Positions 1-14,285 are shown, counted from the first letter of the stretch. The stretch is DNA of 64,000 nt from Felis catus (GCF_018350175.1 NC_058368.1:174408001-174472000); one strand, 5' to 3'. Notes: generated by a model from the sequence alone, not told the origin. A program made the numbers and translations.

Positions 1-1000
1 AACGGTGAGTGCAGGCGCCGGCGGGGCACCCCTCACCCTAGTTGGGGGACACTTGGAGACGCAGGTCGGACGGACGCGGGCTGTTGCAGGGCTTGGTATG
101 CGTGGGAGAGCGGGCAGGGTCCCTCCTTGCGTCGGTCTTTGGGAAGGGCTTGGGGTCGTGCCCGGTGGGTGTCCGGCCGAGCTGCGCTTTTTGGAGACTC
201 GGGCTTACTTGGGGTTCTAACACAGGGATCTCTCTCGCGGGCCCTGTCGCATGCTGTTCGGGGGTCCGAGGGTCCGGGGGTTGGCGGGTAACCCAGGGCG
301 TGCGAGCGCTCACCTGGGCGTTCCCCACCCCGTTTCGCCCGCGACATCACCCAGGGAACCACGTGCAGGCTGTCGCCCGCAACTCTGCCTGTCAAGCGAA
401 GCCCGCCCCCAGGGCAGGGGAGGGGACGCGGGGGCGGGGTGGGCTGTGCCCCGCGGGAACCCGGCTGGCCCGTGCGCCCTCCGGTGCCAGCTCGGCTCTC
501 TTCGCCTGGTGTTCCCACGGGCTCCCGGGAGGTAGCGGACAGTGCGGTGGAGAGGCGCAGAGCCCTGCCCCGAGGGGCCGGAGGCCACCCAAGGGGCGCC
601 CGGGCGCTCGGCCCCGGGGGAAAGGCAGCGAGGAAGAGAAGCTGCCCAAGTGACTAGTCTTGGAGGTGCCCTCTCTCGAGGAGGAGCTGAACGCCCGGGA
701 GCCCTTTTCCCGGGTGTCATTGGCTTGAACAATCTCTGGCCGCTGGAGAGGTAGGGCAGCGCCGGCTCTGGGGGACCTGGCCCGGGATCATTTTCCGAAC
801 CTGCCCCGCGATTTTTGCGCATCAGGAGCCAGACCCCGGCTGCGCGCGCCGGGCAGGACTCCGGCGCGCCTCCTGGGCGTTGTGGTGCTGCGGCGCCTAG
901 CGAAGCCCGCTTTCGGAGCTCCGGGGGCTTTTGAGAGACACAACCTCGAGGCAAGGTAGGTGGCTCGCCCGGCGTTGAACTGGGGTTGATGTGGGTAAGG
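1..1000. promoter_or_regulatory. DRD1: CpG island / GC-rich DRD1 promoter and first exon region
   Basis: Very GC- and CpG-rich, with GC boxes (e.g. GCCCGCCCC ~401, GGGGCGGGG ~431), directly upstream of the DRD1 CDS. Confidence 0.85.
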
Positions 1001-1055
1001 CTGCGATCTGCTCAAGGCTTGGCGAACGACCTTTGCCTTCTTTTTTGCTTTCTAG
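956..1055 (+). other. DRD1: Probable small 5'UTR intron of DRD1
   Basis: Donor AAG|GTAGGT at 956 (alternative GG|GTAAGG at 995); pyrimidine tract and acceptor ...ttttttgctttctAG at 1055; a ~0.1-kb 5'UTR intron ~500 nt upstream of the ATG is known in mammalian DRD1. Confidence 0.6.
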
Positions 1056-1511
1056 GGCGTATGGAGGGCTGCTGTGGAGCCAGGGACTTGGAGGAGTGAG
1101 GCGTGTATTTTCAGCTACACCTCAGAGAGGGGAGAATTCTGTCACCACCAGAGAGACAACCGCCCCCAAATGTGACCACGATTGACTAGATCCGCAGAGG
1201 CCTGGGAATCTCCGGATTGATAGCCTAGAATATGCTAAAAAGCCAGTGCTTTCCACTGGGAACTGAAGGGTCAGCTGGTGAATGCAACAGTGACCTGGAG
1301 CAAGGGAGTCAGAAGACAGTTCTAGAGAGCAGGGAGGACCTTCCAAGGGGCCGACTCGGGTGGCCAAGGGTAGGCTCCTAACCCGCGATTGTTGCAGCCC
1401 TCTGATGGGATGCTGGTGAGGTCCTGCGGCCCCGGGAGCCGGTGGGGCTGTGCGAGGGGCCGCCCAGTGGGTGAGAACTGCAGGTTTGACTGACCTCTCA
1501 TCCCTGCTTAG

Positions 1512-2897
<1,386 letters not shown>

Positions 2898-4620
2898 GCT
2901 CTGAGATGAACCCTGCCAGACAGGCTCACCCCAAAAGCCGGAGGAGACTTTCGGTGGCTTGTTGTTAGGAAACTAAGGTGCGGTGAGGCCCTGAGACGTC
3001 AGGCAAGCCCCCCTCTGCTGCTTTCCCTCAACACACAACTAACTACGTTTTAAAATACATTCCAGTGTGTTTTCTGTGTTGTTCGTAGTGAATCAAAGAG
3101 GGACATATGTGAAGTGAACGTTCACGGGGACATGTCTTTGGCTCCAAAGTTATTTTTAGAAACTGGCTCTTATCTTAGGACTTAAAATATAGGGCAAAGA
3201 ATCAACAGTGAACGGCATCGATTTAGAAAATTAATCCTTTCCAGGACGGAAGGAAATGAGAAGGGTTGAGTTTGCTGTGTACAAACAGGTGCTAACAGAT
3301 GTCCAAGCAAAGTTTTCCGATTGTAAAGGTAGGTGCATGCCTTCATAAATTATTTCTGAAACATAATTAAGCCTTACAGTAGGAATGGGATTTTTTTTTT
3401 TCCAGACTTGAGAGATGCTTTGTTGATACTGGTTTTATTTATTTATTGTATTATGTGGGTATTTTTAATTTATTACAATAAATCTATATTTATCATATGT
3501 CATAGGATAAACTTATGAGTTATCTGAGACCTTGTTCGTCCATCTAAGTAGTACCTTATTGGCCAGTGAAATAAACACACAAACTCTCTGAGATGCTAAA
3601 TGCCCGTGTATCACTTCCAGCAAAGACTGATAGGAAATGAAGCTGTGATAATTCCTTAAAGTTCATGGGCGTAAATAAATAAGAGGGGAGAATTGACAAA
3701 TGCCGTGGATGTTTTTCTGGAAAGATTCTGAAAAACTTAGAAAGGCATAGCTACTACTGTGTTCAAATGTTTTTTAATGACAGAGACTTTCCCAGGAGAA
3801 AGATTTGCAGTTCTGTAAATATCTTTAATAAAAGCCAGCTTAAGAAGAACCCGACTTGAAACTCATGAGCTTAGGTGGTAATAAAAAGTATGTGCCACTT
3901 TGTATTTATGTAAAATAATTGGCCCTCTGTGTCTTTTCTCATTTCCATGTCAGATAGCTTTTCCGAACCAAACAAATTGCTGTCCTGGTTAAACGTGTGT
4001 AGTGAAGACAGTAGGTTTCCTTAACTCTCGCGTGACAACAGTCGCACCAATGGACAAAGGTCAAATCCTGCATTTCTGTCTTACCAGGTCAAAGCGCACC
4101 ACTCAGTGGGGTGACTTTTTGTAGTGCTTTAATCTGAAATTAGAATTGATTTTTTTTTTTTCCTAGTCTAGATGTTAATAGTGTACTAACTAACGAATAG
4201 TGCCTCATTATCATCCTCGAGTTAGACACTTCTCTGGGTGGAAAAAACAGGAGACCCCTTCTGGGTGGGTGTGTTAAGTGCCCCGAAGCCATCAGTATCT
4301 CTTGACAAATGCTAGCTCCTTCTCTGTGCTTCAGAATCAAGTTCCTATCTCATCATCTCAACTGTATAAAGTATCAGTATAGAGTCTCTCTTGCCAGATA
4401 CTCATTCACGTGGGGCGTTTCAAGAGGATTTCTTTGAAATGTTTACAAAGTATTGTTGACAAGCAATTTACTTAACATTTAGATGACATGGGTCACAAGA
4501 AATAAATTGACTGAAAAGTATCTCCTGCATCAGGTCCGTGTTATTTATGCATTGTGAATGTTTCTTCCTTTTATTGCCTGTATGCTTTCTTACATATAAT
4601 AAAATTATTTTGTGAACTCA
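2898..4620 (+). other. DRD1: DRD1 3'UTR (approximate end)
   Basis: AT-rich, repeat-free stretch after the stop, with AU-rich elements and several AATAAA; distal AATAAA at 4598 is followed by GT/T-rich sequence. Confidence 0.65.
4598..4603 (+). terminator. DRD1: Likely distal polyadenylation signal AATAAA
   Basis: AATAAA with upstream TGTA (4579) and downstream TGTGTCGTCTTTGTT. Confidence 0.6.
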
Positions 4621-6214
4621 AATCAACCCTGAATGGGCTGTGTCGTCTTTGTTAAAAGTATTTTAAAAACTAGGCTCCTTCAGACCTACAAGTAAGAAAA
4701 CATGAGCATTTTGGAGGATAACCTTACTTTTGTTTTTCTTTTTAATGGAAATTTCTCCTTGTTACGTAGGTCACATGTTGCCTCTGAATATTTAAACAGG
4801 AAATGTTTTTGATTTCGACTATATACTCTCGGGGTGTTTTTTTTTTTCTGTCATAAAACATTTTTTAAAAAGAAACTCTCCTCATGTGAGGGATTACTCT
4901 ACTTTTCGTTTCACAGGTTTGAAAGCTTTCTAAAATCTCTGCTTTTTTCTTTCGAAGAGCCCAGAGATGTTAAGTAACATAAAAATCACAGAAAAAACTG
5001 TGGCTCACTGTGGGTTACGGGGACCCTCAGCTTATGTGGCAACCACTGTATTTATGGGTAGTGCTTGTTTTAAGAGTCAAACATAACAAGAATTTCTTTC
5101 TGGAGGAAATACACAGGTCGTGATGTTGGGCTTATCAAAATACCTTACGGGGCATATCCCTCAATCCTGCTTAACCTGCTTAGTTTTTTTTCATCCGGAA
5201 GAAGGAGAATGCCTGAACAGCAGGGGAATGTAGAAATTAAGGGTTAAGTTTATAATTTGGAACATCACACAACAGATGGTCTCTTTTTAAATTCCATATT
5301 TGCCTTCCCCAGGCTTTGGCATATAATGAACATATCTAGAATAAACACCATGAAGCATGATGCCTCTCCTCTCTGCCTCCTGGCTTTCTGGATATCTTTA
5401 TTCTTTGCAGTTTGATTCTGTTCCTTAATGAATAGTCTGGCAGCACCAACTGTGACACTCAGGGTTGTCGTCGTCCAACCACCGGAACATGGCACAAAAG
5501 CCATCGCTGTTTATTTCCTCGGCAGAGCGAAAAAGACATGACATGTCTAGAAACGGTATTAAAGAACTGTAAAATTCAGTACACCGTGGATGAGACGGTA
5601 CTTTGGGTTCCTGGCACGCAGGATTGATAGAAGTATCTTATGATGTATTGGTTCCCCTGGCAGAATCTTTCAGAGAATTTCAGAGAAGTGAAATCACCTG
5701 ATGATTTTCATTTCATTTTTAGCTAACGTGATAAGGCTTAGCAATGCTAACTGTACGTGAAATACTTTAGCAAGATAGAGACAGTTGAGGAAAGGCGTGC
5801 TTTTTCCCTTTCTTTCTAAAAGAAGATGCCTTTCCTGGTCACATAGAGGCAGGACTTTTGCTGGTGATGGAACAACAGGGAGTCTTATGGAAGGGGGACC
5901 GAGCACAGGGCTCCAGTGGGTAGATGTGGGGCGTGTGTGGCAAAGTCACTGGTTTCTCTTGGGACCTACGCAGGCACAGTCTCCAAGGCTTCCTTGTCCT
6001 GATTTATTACCCAGGAGGAGCAAAACCTGTGCACCAGCTTCTTCAGCGGAGGGATCAACCCCCGGAAGCAAATCGATATGTAATCCAACTTCAGGGACTT
6101 TCTGAATTCTCCACTCTCGGCGGAGGGGCTCCGACGTGACTCCCGCCCCAGCTTGTTCCCGTAGCATTTCACCTCGATCATTCCACCCCCTGGGAGCCAG
6201 TTCACGGACAGGGG

Positions 6215-6440
6215 CCTGGAACGCAGACAACACAGGCTTTGTTTCCGACAGACAAGGGTTCACCTTGCAGCTACCACTTACAAGCTGTGTGAGAGTAAAT
6301 AACTGTCTGTACCTCTCTGAGCCTGTCCACCCATTTGTGACGTGGAAATAAATACGCAGGCTCTCGTGAGGGTTTAAATGAAGCTAGTAAGGTCCATAAG
6401 GGTCCAGAGCAGTGAAATGTTGGGCTCCCTGGGTCTTTAC
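6215..6440 (+). mobile_element. MIR SINE fragment
   Basis: MIR core-like ...cttacaagctgtgtga...cctctctgagcct...gtgagggtttaaatga. Confidence 0.55.
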
Positions 6441-7427
6441 GGGATCTCTAATTTGGAGGAGTTGATGATGATCTTTATTGCATTGGTAATAATGGACCTG
6501 CTTTCCATTTGTCTTCTTGCATGTTTGCTCGAAGCAAATGGAAATGTACTTGTGGTTTGGGATTTTCCCAGACACCATTCTAGTTTGCTGTGGTTCTGTG
6601 GTACTCCAGAAGCAGGCGGCTGTTAATATCCGCGTGGTTAAGACAACTGCCTTAATTTATCATGAGATACTGACTTAAGAAACCTTGATCCATGATGTTT
6701 CAGTCTATGAGACCGACCTACCTTGCAAAATTTGTTCCAGAAGTAATGAGCTGATGGCTGGTTGCCTGTGGGCTGTTAAAACTAGGACCTAGTCCTCTGC
6801 AAGCTCTGGTTACTGTGGTCATTTGAAGGAACGAACCCAGGGGATCACGAGATCGTAGCATTATATAGATTAGATGCACCTCTGTGGATTTCTTTGAGAT
6901 TTCCTGGATGGAAACCTGATATCATTTATTTTGACAGAGGATTGAGGGATGGCGAGTATTATAGCACAGAGAACCCCTCTGAGATTTTGTTACCAGGCCA
7001 ATCTAGCCATCTTGCCTTCTGTCATGTTAAGTAACTTCCATGTGAGGTATAGAATTAAAAAAAAAAAAAAAAAAGCAGCATTTGGACTTTAGACTGTTAC
7101 ATCATTCAAGATTTGGGAGTTGTAATTTAAATAGTATTAGAAGCTCAAGAATAATCTCTGGTTTAAAAGGGTTTAACTTTTTAATCACTATGCGACCATG
7201 TACAAAACCACTTAAATTCTTTTTTCGTGCTCATGGAATAGATATCCTACTAGCTCTCACAATTGGTAAACGTTTTTAGCCACCAACGAGGAATTTCCCT
7301 GAATTCTGTCCGCAGAAGTGACCCCACCTAGCAGAAACGCTAGCAAAGTGGCGGGTGGTAGTGGGACCTAGGAGGACTGAATTGAGGGGCAGAGGTTTTT
7401 TTTTATTTCATTTAAAAAAAAATTTTA

Positions 7428-7553
7428 GGGGCGCCTGGGTGGCTCAGTCCATTAAGCGACCCACTCTTGATTTCAGCTCAGATCATGATCTCACGGTTCA
7501 TGAGTTCGAGCCCCACATCTGGCTCTGCACTGACAGCTTGGAGCCTGCCTGGG

Positions 7554-7599
<46 letters not shown>

Positions 7600-7660
7600 C
7601 CTCCCTGCCCCTCCCATGTGCACCCTCTCTCTCTCAAAATAAATAAATAAACTTAAAAAA
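7428..7660 (+). mobile_element. Can-SINE (SINEC)
   Basis: GGGGCGCCTGGGTGGCTCAGT head, B box GTTCGAGCCC, long (CT)n, A-rich tail. Confidence 0.95.
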
Positions 7661-8029
7661 ATTTTTTAAAGGTAAATAGTTTCGATAAACTACAGCCCTT
7701 GAAAATAAGTGTTTTCATCTCTATGATAACAGGGTTAGAAGAGATGATTTCTGAGATATGATTTTGGCTTGACAATACTAGATGTGAGATCCATCATAGA
7801 CAAAACAGGGGTCTGGTGGGTTTCCCATGATGCATTTCCCAAACCTCCATTCTCTTGGCCATTAGAGTGATATTTATAAAACGTAAATAAGACTGTGTTA
7901 TGCCCTTGCTTAATATTTTTCAAAGACTCCCAATTACTTGCAGGCCAAAACAGTCAAGGTCGTGCAAAGCCCATCGTGGTCATGCCCCTGGTGGCCTCTG
8001 AACCCTCATCTATTGCCATTACCCCACTA

Positions 8030-8445
8030 ACACTGTTCCTACAGACATTCCAGACTTTGTATACAGTCTGTGTAGTGTGCAAAGTCCTTTCTTGTCTTTT
8101 ATGCCTTTGCACAGGCTGTTCCTTCTGCCCAGAACACCCTTCCCTGCTGCTTTTGTCTGCCTGATCCTACCAATCTTTTAAGACACAGTGGGACACACTT
8201 GCAGAAGGCCTTCTTTGCCACCTTCTTCTTGCCTCTACTTCTCTTATTTCTTTCCAAGGGCTTACCTTGCTGTAATGAAATAATCTCCTTGCTTCCCTAT
8301 CTTTCTCCCTAGATGATGAGCATTTTGAGAGCAAAAGCTGTTTGATTTTCTTTCCCTTTCTCTAAATATTTCTAAGCACCCAGCTCACTGTCTGGCTTAC
8401 AGGATTTGCCCAGTAAGCCCTTGTTGAATCAAAGAATGAACACGT
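8030..8445 (+). mobile_element. L2 LINE 3' fragment
   Basis: ...cctttgcacaggctgttccttctgcccagaacac... ending in ttgttgaatcaaagaatgaa, typical L2 3' end. Confidence 0.55.
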
Positions 8446-8603
8446 CAAAACAGGATATTGGAGCCACACGTTTAGTGAAGTTTATTTCGGTGGGGGGGTT
8501 GGTACAGATGTGTAGGTCTGCCAGTCTCTGTCTGATGTCTTTGGTCTCTCATCTCCATGTGGTCTTTGAGGCTTGCAATTCCCTGATGTCTGACATGACA
8601 CAT

Positions 8604-8605
<2 letters not shown>

Positions 8606-8643
<38 letters not shown>

Positions 8644-8653
8644 ACACACACAC
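8606..8653. repeat. (CA)n microsatellite
   Basis: About 24 CA units with one interruption. Confidence 0.95.
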
Positions 8654-8820
8654 AGAGTGTTTGTATGTAATTGATGCTACTTGCTATCAGTAACATCTTT
8701 TGAGCGCTATCTGTGATTCAGGTCACGTGCCAGATGCTAGAAATGAACCCGATGCCGTCCCAATCTTTGAGGAGTTAGAAGTAGAGACAGATAAGCAAAT
8801 AAGCCATCACCAAAGAATGT

Positions 8821-9046
8821 TTTTTTTTTTTAATTTTTTTTAACGTTTTTTATTTATTTTTGAGACAGAGAGAGACAGAGCACGAACGGGGGAGGGGCAG
8901 AGAGAGAGGGAGACACAGAATCGGAAGCAGGCTCCAGGCTCTGAGCCATCAGCCCAGAGCCCGATGCGGGGCTTGAACTCACGGACCGCGAGATCGTGAC
9001 CTGGCTGAAGTCGGACGCTTAACCGACTGCGCCACCCAGGCGCCCC
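8821..9046 (-). mobile_element. Young felid Can-SINE (SINEC_Fc)
   Basis: Full length; TSD CAAAGAATGTTTT at 8811 and 9047. Confidence 0.97.
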
Positions 9047-9114
9047 CAAAGAATGTTTTAAAAGTAAAATGTATGCAGAAAGAAAACGGCTTTTCCAGGC
9101 GGTGCCCATAGCTT

Positions 9115-9545
9115 CATTCTATTGAGTGCCGGTAACCGTCTGCCCACATCATGCCAAGCACTGTCCATTCATCGTCTCATTCTGTCCTCACAGCCCTCCC
9201 GTGAGGTGGGCACCAGTATCACCGTCCCCACTTTACAGGGCAAAATAACAAGTATTCAGAGAGGGCATGTAACGTGTCGAAGGTCACACAGCTAGTAAAC
9301 TTTTTTTTTAATGTTTAGTTTTGAGACAGAGACAGAGCATGAGCGGGGGAGGGGCAGAGAGGGAGACACAGAATCCCAAGCAGCTCCAGGCTCTGAGCTG
9401 TCCGCACAGAGCCCGACGCGGGGCTCCAACTCGCAGACGGCGAGATCATGACCTGAGCCGAAGTTGGAAGCTCAACCGACTGAGCCGCCCAGGCGCCCCA
9501 CACAGCCAGTAAATGAGGGGGCAGGATTGAATCTGGGCCCCACAG
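9115..9545 (-). mobile_element. MIR, split by a Can-SINE
   Basis: ...ccccactttacag...aaggtcacacagctagtaaa [SINE] tgagggggcaggattgaatctggg. Confidence 0.7.
9301..9498 (-). mobile_element. Can-SINE inserted in MIR
   Basis: TSD CACACAGC(T/C)AGTAAA at 9285 and 9499. Confidence 0.95.
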
Positions 9546-11043
9546 GCTGTCAAATTCATTGCTTGGGGGTGGTCTCCACCCTCTGTAGGAGCCCCCCCTC
9601 CAGTGCATCTGGAGGGTTAACCAGGTGGTCTGGTGATAATTGTCGGGAATGCATACAATGCATTCACATCCTCCCTGCAGCCCTATGTACCTGTTTACGG
9701 CTCTCAAATAGACTCTGATGGCACCCCTTTGCTCTTCCCACAATGGGGACACCCTTTCTCCTGTCGTCTTCATCCGTTGGAGCCTCATCTCAGGTGTCAG
9801 CCTGACTGGGAATCCTTCTCTGGCCTTCCATCCCCAGGCTGGTGTCCTGCAACGGGGCACGCATTCTGTCGTGTGCCGTCGTGTCTCCTGTTTCTCAGGG
9901 CAGCTCCGGGAGGCACAGACTGTGTCCTTTTCAACCCTCTGTTCTCAGTGCCCAGCACAGCCTGGCACACAGGAGGCATCTGAGTTAATATACTTTTTCA
10001 GTGAACGAGCAACTTTATGAAAAGGCTTAGGTAACTGCTTATCCACACACCTTAATTTTTACTTAAGGGTTGAGCCTGCTGAAGTTATAAGGGCTGATCT
10101 CTCCTGAGTTAGGTTTCTCCGTCAAGGACACAAGCGCAGAAAAATAATTAGAACGGTCTTTAAACGGCAAGCTCGGACTCTCTCTCGCATCGATGTGCAC
10201 GGATAGTGGGTGACCAGCCCTTTCACACGGGAGAGGAAATGTCAACCAAATGTCACCAGTGTGTTCTGAGATTATCTAGCCGCATGCATGCTGTTTTGAG
10301 ACTCAGTTTTTAGGTCAGATGTATTTAGCATCATAAACATGTTGCCTGTAATTTAGATAATGTCCAGTCCCATTTATAAGATGCTGCTTTAACACACATT
10401 GCTGTTGGCTGTTAAACTGGGGGGGGGGGGCAGGAGAGAGCGCCACGTTAATTCTGCCAAAAACAGCTGTGGGTTTTTCCTAGCTTGATGGTGGGGTCAC
10501 CATAAAATAGCGCTGCGGTTACAGGGGAAGATTAAAGAGGATCTGCTCTGAGAGGGGACCAGGGGCAATAAGGTGACAGTTTGTCTAAAAAGCTTGGCCG
10601 TAATACTTTCAAGGCCAAAGCAAATTTTAATGGCATTTTAAGTAAGACTCCATTGCACCCATATTGAAATTAAAGCCTCCTCGTTGGCTCATGCAATTCA
10701 GAATGTCGCGCCGGGACGAGGCTCCATCAGCCGGGTAGCAGAACCTCTGGGCTGGGCTGGCCAACAGGAAGTTTCCCGCTCTGCTCACAGGAGTGTGAAC
10801 TGATCTGGCTGATGGGAAGGGGAAGCTGGTAATAGCAACCAAACTCACAACATGCACACGGTCTGATCTAACAGTTCCACTTCTGGGAGCCTGGCTTACA
10901 TCCATCCTCACCTACGTGCTCAGGGATGCCCGTGTGAAGGGCGCACCCCTGCTTGTAAGAGCCTGCCAAAGACAACCTAAGGGTCCCGTGAGAGGCGAAC
11001 GCATAACGAAGATGTAGGATGTCCGTGGGGCGTGGTAATTAAA

Positions 11044-11258
11044 TTTTTTTTTTTTCAACGTTTATTTATCTTTGGGACAGAGAGAGACAGAGCATGAACG
11101 GGGGAGGGGCAGAGAGAGAGGGAGACACAGAATCGGAAACAGGCTCCAGGCTCTGAGCGATCAGCCCAGAGCCTGACGCGGGGCTCGAACTTACGGACCG
11201 CGAGATCGTGACCTGGCTGAAGTCGGATGCTTAACCGACTGCGCCACCCAGGCGCCCC
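11044..11258 (-). mobile_element. Young felid Can-SINE
   Basis: TSD GGGGCGTGGTAATTAAA at 11027 and 11259. Confidence 0.97.
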
Positions 11259-12735
11259 GGGGCGTGGTAATTAAAAAGAAAGTGGATCCATATGCACTGT
11301 GACAGAAGGGTTTTCACGAAGGGGAGAAGCGAGTTACGAAATTACACGGATGATACGATCCCTCGTATTTAAAACAATACAGGGATTCTATGTCTCTTAT
11401 GTAACGTCATAGAAAAAGATGTGGGAAAATGCCCACCCTGGTAAAAAAAAACCAGTAGTATCTCTAGGCAGAAGAGTGAGCTTTGGGGACAGCTTTCAAT
11501 GTTTTCACTTTGTATATTTCTTGGCTTTTGTAAGAAGCGTGTGTTTAGGTGTATTAGGCCCGCAGCTAAACGATGTTTGAAAGACACAGGCTGAACTGAT
11601 GTGAGGCGTGTTGAGTTCTAGTTGTGGCTGCGGGGGGCAGAAGGGGAGGCTTGGGGGCGTCCTGGAAAGAATGACCGGTCATTGACCACCTTATGTGCTC
11701 ACGTGTGAACATTTCTGGATTGATCGGCAGGGCCTGATCTGGCTGAGGCTGGGTGAGGCTCTGGACTGATTCGTGGATGCTCAGGGCCCCGGGCAGGGTG
11801 GGAGCTCCTGACCTGCCAGCTCCAAAGCCCCTTCCCTCCCCTCAATCCCCAGACACGACCCTCCTCCACTACACGGGGCTCTTTTCCACACAAATCTCCT
11901 TTTTTACTGAGCTTCCCCGGAGCTCAAATTTGGAATAATTTTGTTGATCAAACGCATCGCATTTAGAACATGATAGGATGTGTGGACTTTCGATTGGAAA
12001 GACAGAAAGCATTTTCTCTGTTCGGCTTTTGGGAAATGATGAAACCCCGGCTTGGGGGTCACGAGTGAGAGCCCATCTGAAGTCCTGGGAGCTGACAAAA
12101 AGCAACCCTTTCCGGAGCCTGGGCTGTTTTAAACCTTTGCAGACCCTACGCTACTCTGACACGCGTTGTCCTGTCATACATCACATCAAACGTATAAAGT
12201 AGCTCTTGTGTCCTCTTAAATATAATTTTTTTAATGTGGTTTTGAAATTATTCACAATTTCCATCTTGGAGTTATTTTGTCATATTTTGAACCAATGCGC
12301 CCCCCCCCCCCCCCCCCACCGCCCCAGTCTCAAACATTTCTGGACCCCTGGCAGGGCAAGAGAGGCCACTGCAGCTGAAGTCTCTTGCTCTACAGCTGAG
12401 TTATGGGCGCACAAGCGTTTTAGGGCCTCTTCTAAAACGCGGTCTACAAGGTTAATACAAACCACTTCAGATTATTTTGAAACTGAAAAACATCCCATCG
12501 TTTGTTCTCAGGCTTAACCTTTTGGGAGACTGTCAAATTCTATTTTTCTCATCGTTGACATAGACATTAAATGTTTTAGTGATATTTTTACGTTAAATGC
12601 TCCCACAGGCTCATTGTAGATGTTTCCAGAGAATAGATAGGAAGGCTTCAGGTGGTAAATTCGAAGTTTGAGGATAAAAACGTTTAGGGCAGGTTTGAAG
12701 GAAAAGACAGCCTTCCTTAGTGGATCTTGTATTCT

Positions 12736-12965
12736 TTTTTTTTTAATTTTTTTTTTCAACGTTTTTTATTTTTTATTTTTGGGACAGAGAGAGACAGAGC
12801 ATGAACGGGGGAGGGGCAGAGAGAGAGGGAGACACAGAATCGGAAACAGGCTCCAGGCTCCGAGCCATCAGCTCAGAGCCTGACGCGGGGCTCGAACTCA
12901 CGGACCGCGAGATCATGACCTGGCTGAAGTCGGACACTTAACCGACTGCGCCACCCAGGCGCCCC
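12736..12965 (-). mobile_element. Young felid Can-SINE
   Basis: TSD TGGATCTTGTATTCT at 12721 and 12966. Confidence 0.97.
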
Positions 12966-13345
12966 TGGATCTTGTATTCTAAGAGGAGGAAGAAATTGAA
13001 GTGTGAGAACTCAGAGTCAATAACCTAGAAGAGAAAAAAACAGCAAGTCAGGTGCGCCGGGGAGGCCGAGGCTAGATATTGATCGGGGACAGTGGCTAAT
13101 GTTCCAATGTGGACAGTGGCCGTTAAATAAGTTATTTCAGGCACAAGGTTTGTATGGGAGAGGGTCTTTGGGGACCTGGTACGAGGATCAGTTCATGTTA
13201 ATGGCTGATTTCCTTGGGGAGACCGAGGTTACTTGTCACATGACCTCTGCTCTGACTTCCTCTGGCTTCACAGTAAGGAGCAGTGAGGGGTAGGTGGTCA
13301 GCTTTATTTCTCTTGTTTTTCTGCCCGGGAATTTTCCAAATTCCA

Positions 13346-13432
13346 GAGAAGGGGGTAGGGGGAGGAAGGAGGGAAGGGAGGGAGGAGGAGGAGAAGGAGG
13401 AGGAGGAGGAGGAGGAGGAGGAGGAGGGGAGA
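13346..13432. repeat. Polypurine tract with (GGA)n
   Basis: About 15 GGA units within an almost pure purine run. Confidence 0.9.
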
Positions 13433-13505
13433 GCTGGCAGAGCACCAAGTTTGAGATTTGTCAAGAAATAAGTACTGACATCTCACTTTTTAAAAACTCA
13501 AAACT

Positions 13506-13709
13506 GGGGACGCCTGGGTGGCTCATTCTATTAAGCGTCCGACTTTGGCTCAGGTCATGGTCTCACGGCCTCATGAGTTGGAGCCCCACATCAGGCTCTC
13601 TGCTGCCAGCATGGAGCTGGCCTCAGATCCTCTGTCCCCCCAACCCTCTCTCTCCCCTCTCCTGCTCACGCTCTCTCGCTCTCTCTCAAAAATAAACATT
13701 AAAAAAAAA
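13506..13709 (+). mobile_element. Can-SINE (older copy)
   Basis: SINEC head, CT-rich segment, A tail. Confidence 0.9.
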
Positions 13710-14285
13710 GAGAGAAATCCTGAAAAAACGTTATTTTAAAATAGTTTTCGATTTATAGAGAAATTGCAGATAGCACAGAGAGTTCCCAGGTACCCCACCC
13801 CTGGTTTCCTATTGTTAATGCCTCACATTAGTATGGTTACAATGAATGAGCTCATACTGATGTATTCTCACTTACTAAAGTCCGTGACTTACTCCGATTT
13901 GTTTAGTTTTTACCTAATGTCCATCTTCTCTTCCACAATCCCAGCTAGGATACCATGTTACATGTGGTCACTGTGTCTTCTTAGGCCCCTCTCGGATGTG
14001 ACAGCCTCTCACACTTCCCCTGTGTTTGATGGCCTGGCAGTTCTGAGGGGCATTGGCTAGGTATCGTATAGACTGTCCCTTGGTCGGAAACAGCCTGTTT
14101 TTCTCTCTTCCTTTCCAAAGGCACTTAGGTCAGCCCTTCTCGTTCTCCACCCCCTTCCATGAGGTTATTTCATACATTTACACTCCAGTTACATTCTTAT
14201 GTTATAGTCTGCATTTCATCCTGGAATCCTCCGACCTCATGTTTGATTTTTTTTTTTTTTTTTTTTTTTTTAATTTCCATACACT

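Noticed and set aside
5..1015. Many overlapping 70-214 aa ORFs
   Set aside because: Stop-codon scarcity in a CpG island; Pro/Gly/Arg-rich with no domain
7428..7515. tRNA-like A/B boxes at SINE heads
   Set aside because: tRNA-derived SINE heads, not tRNA genes
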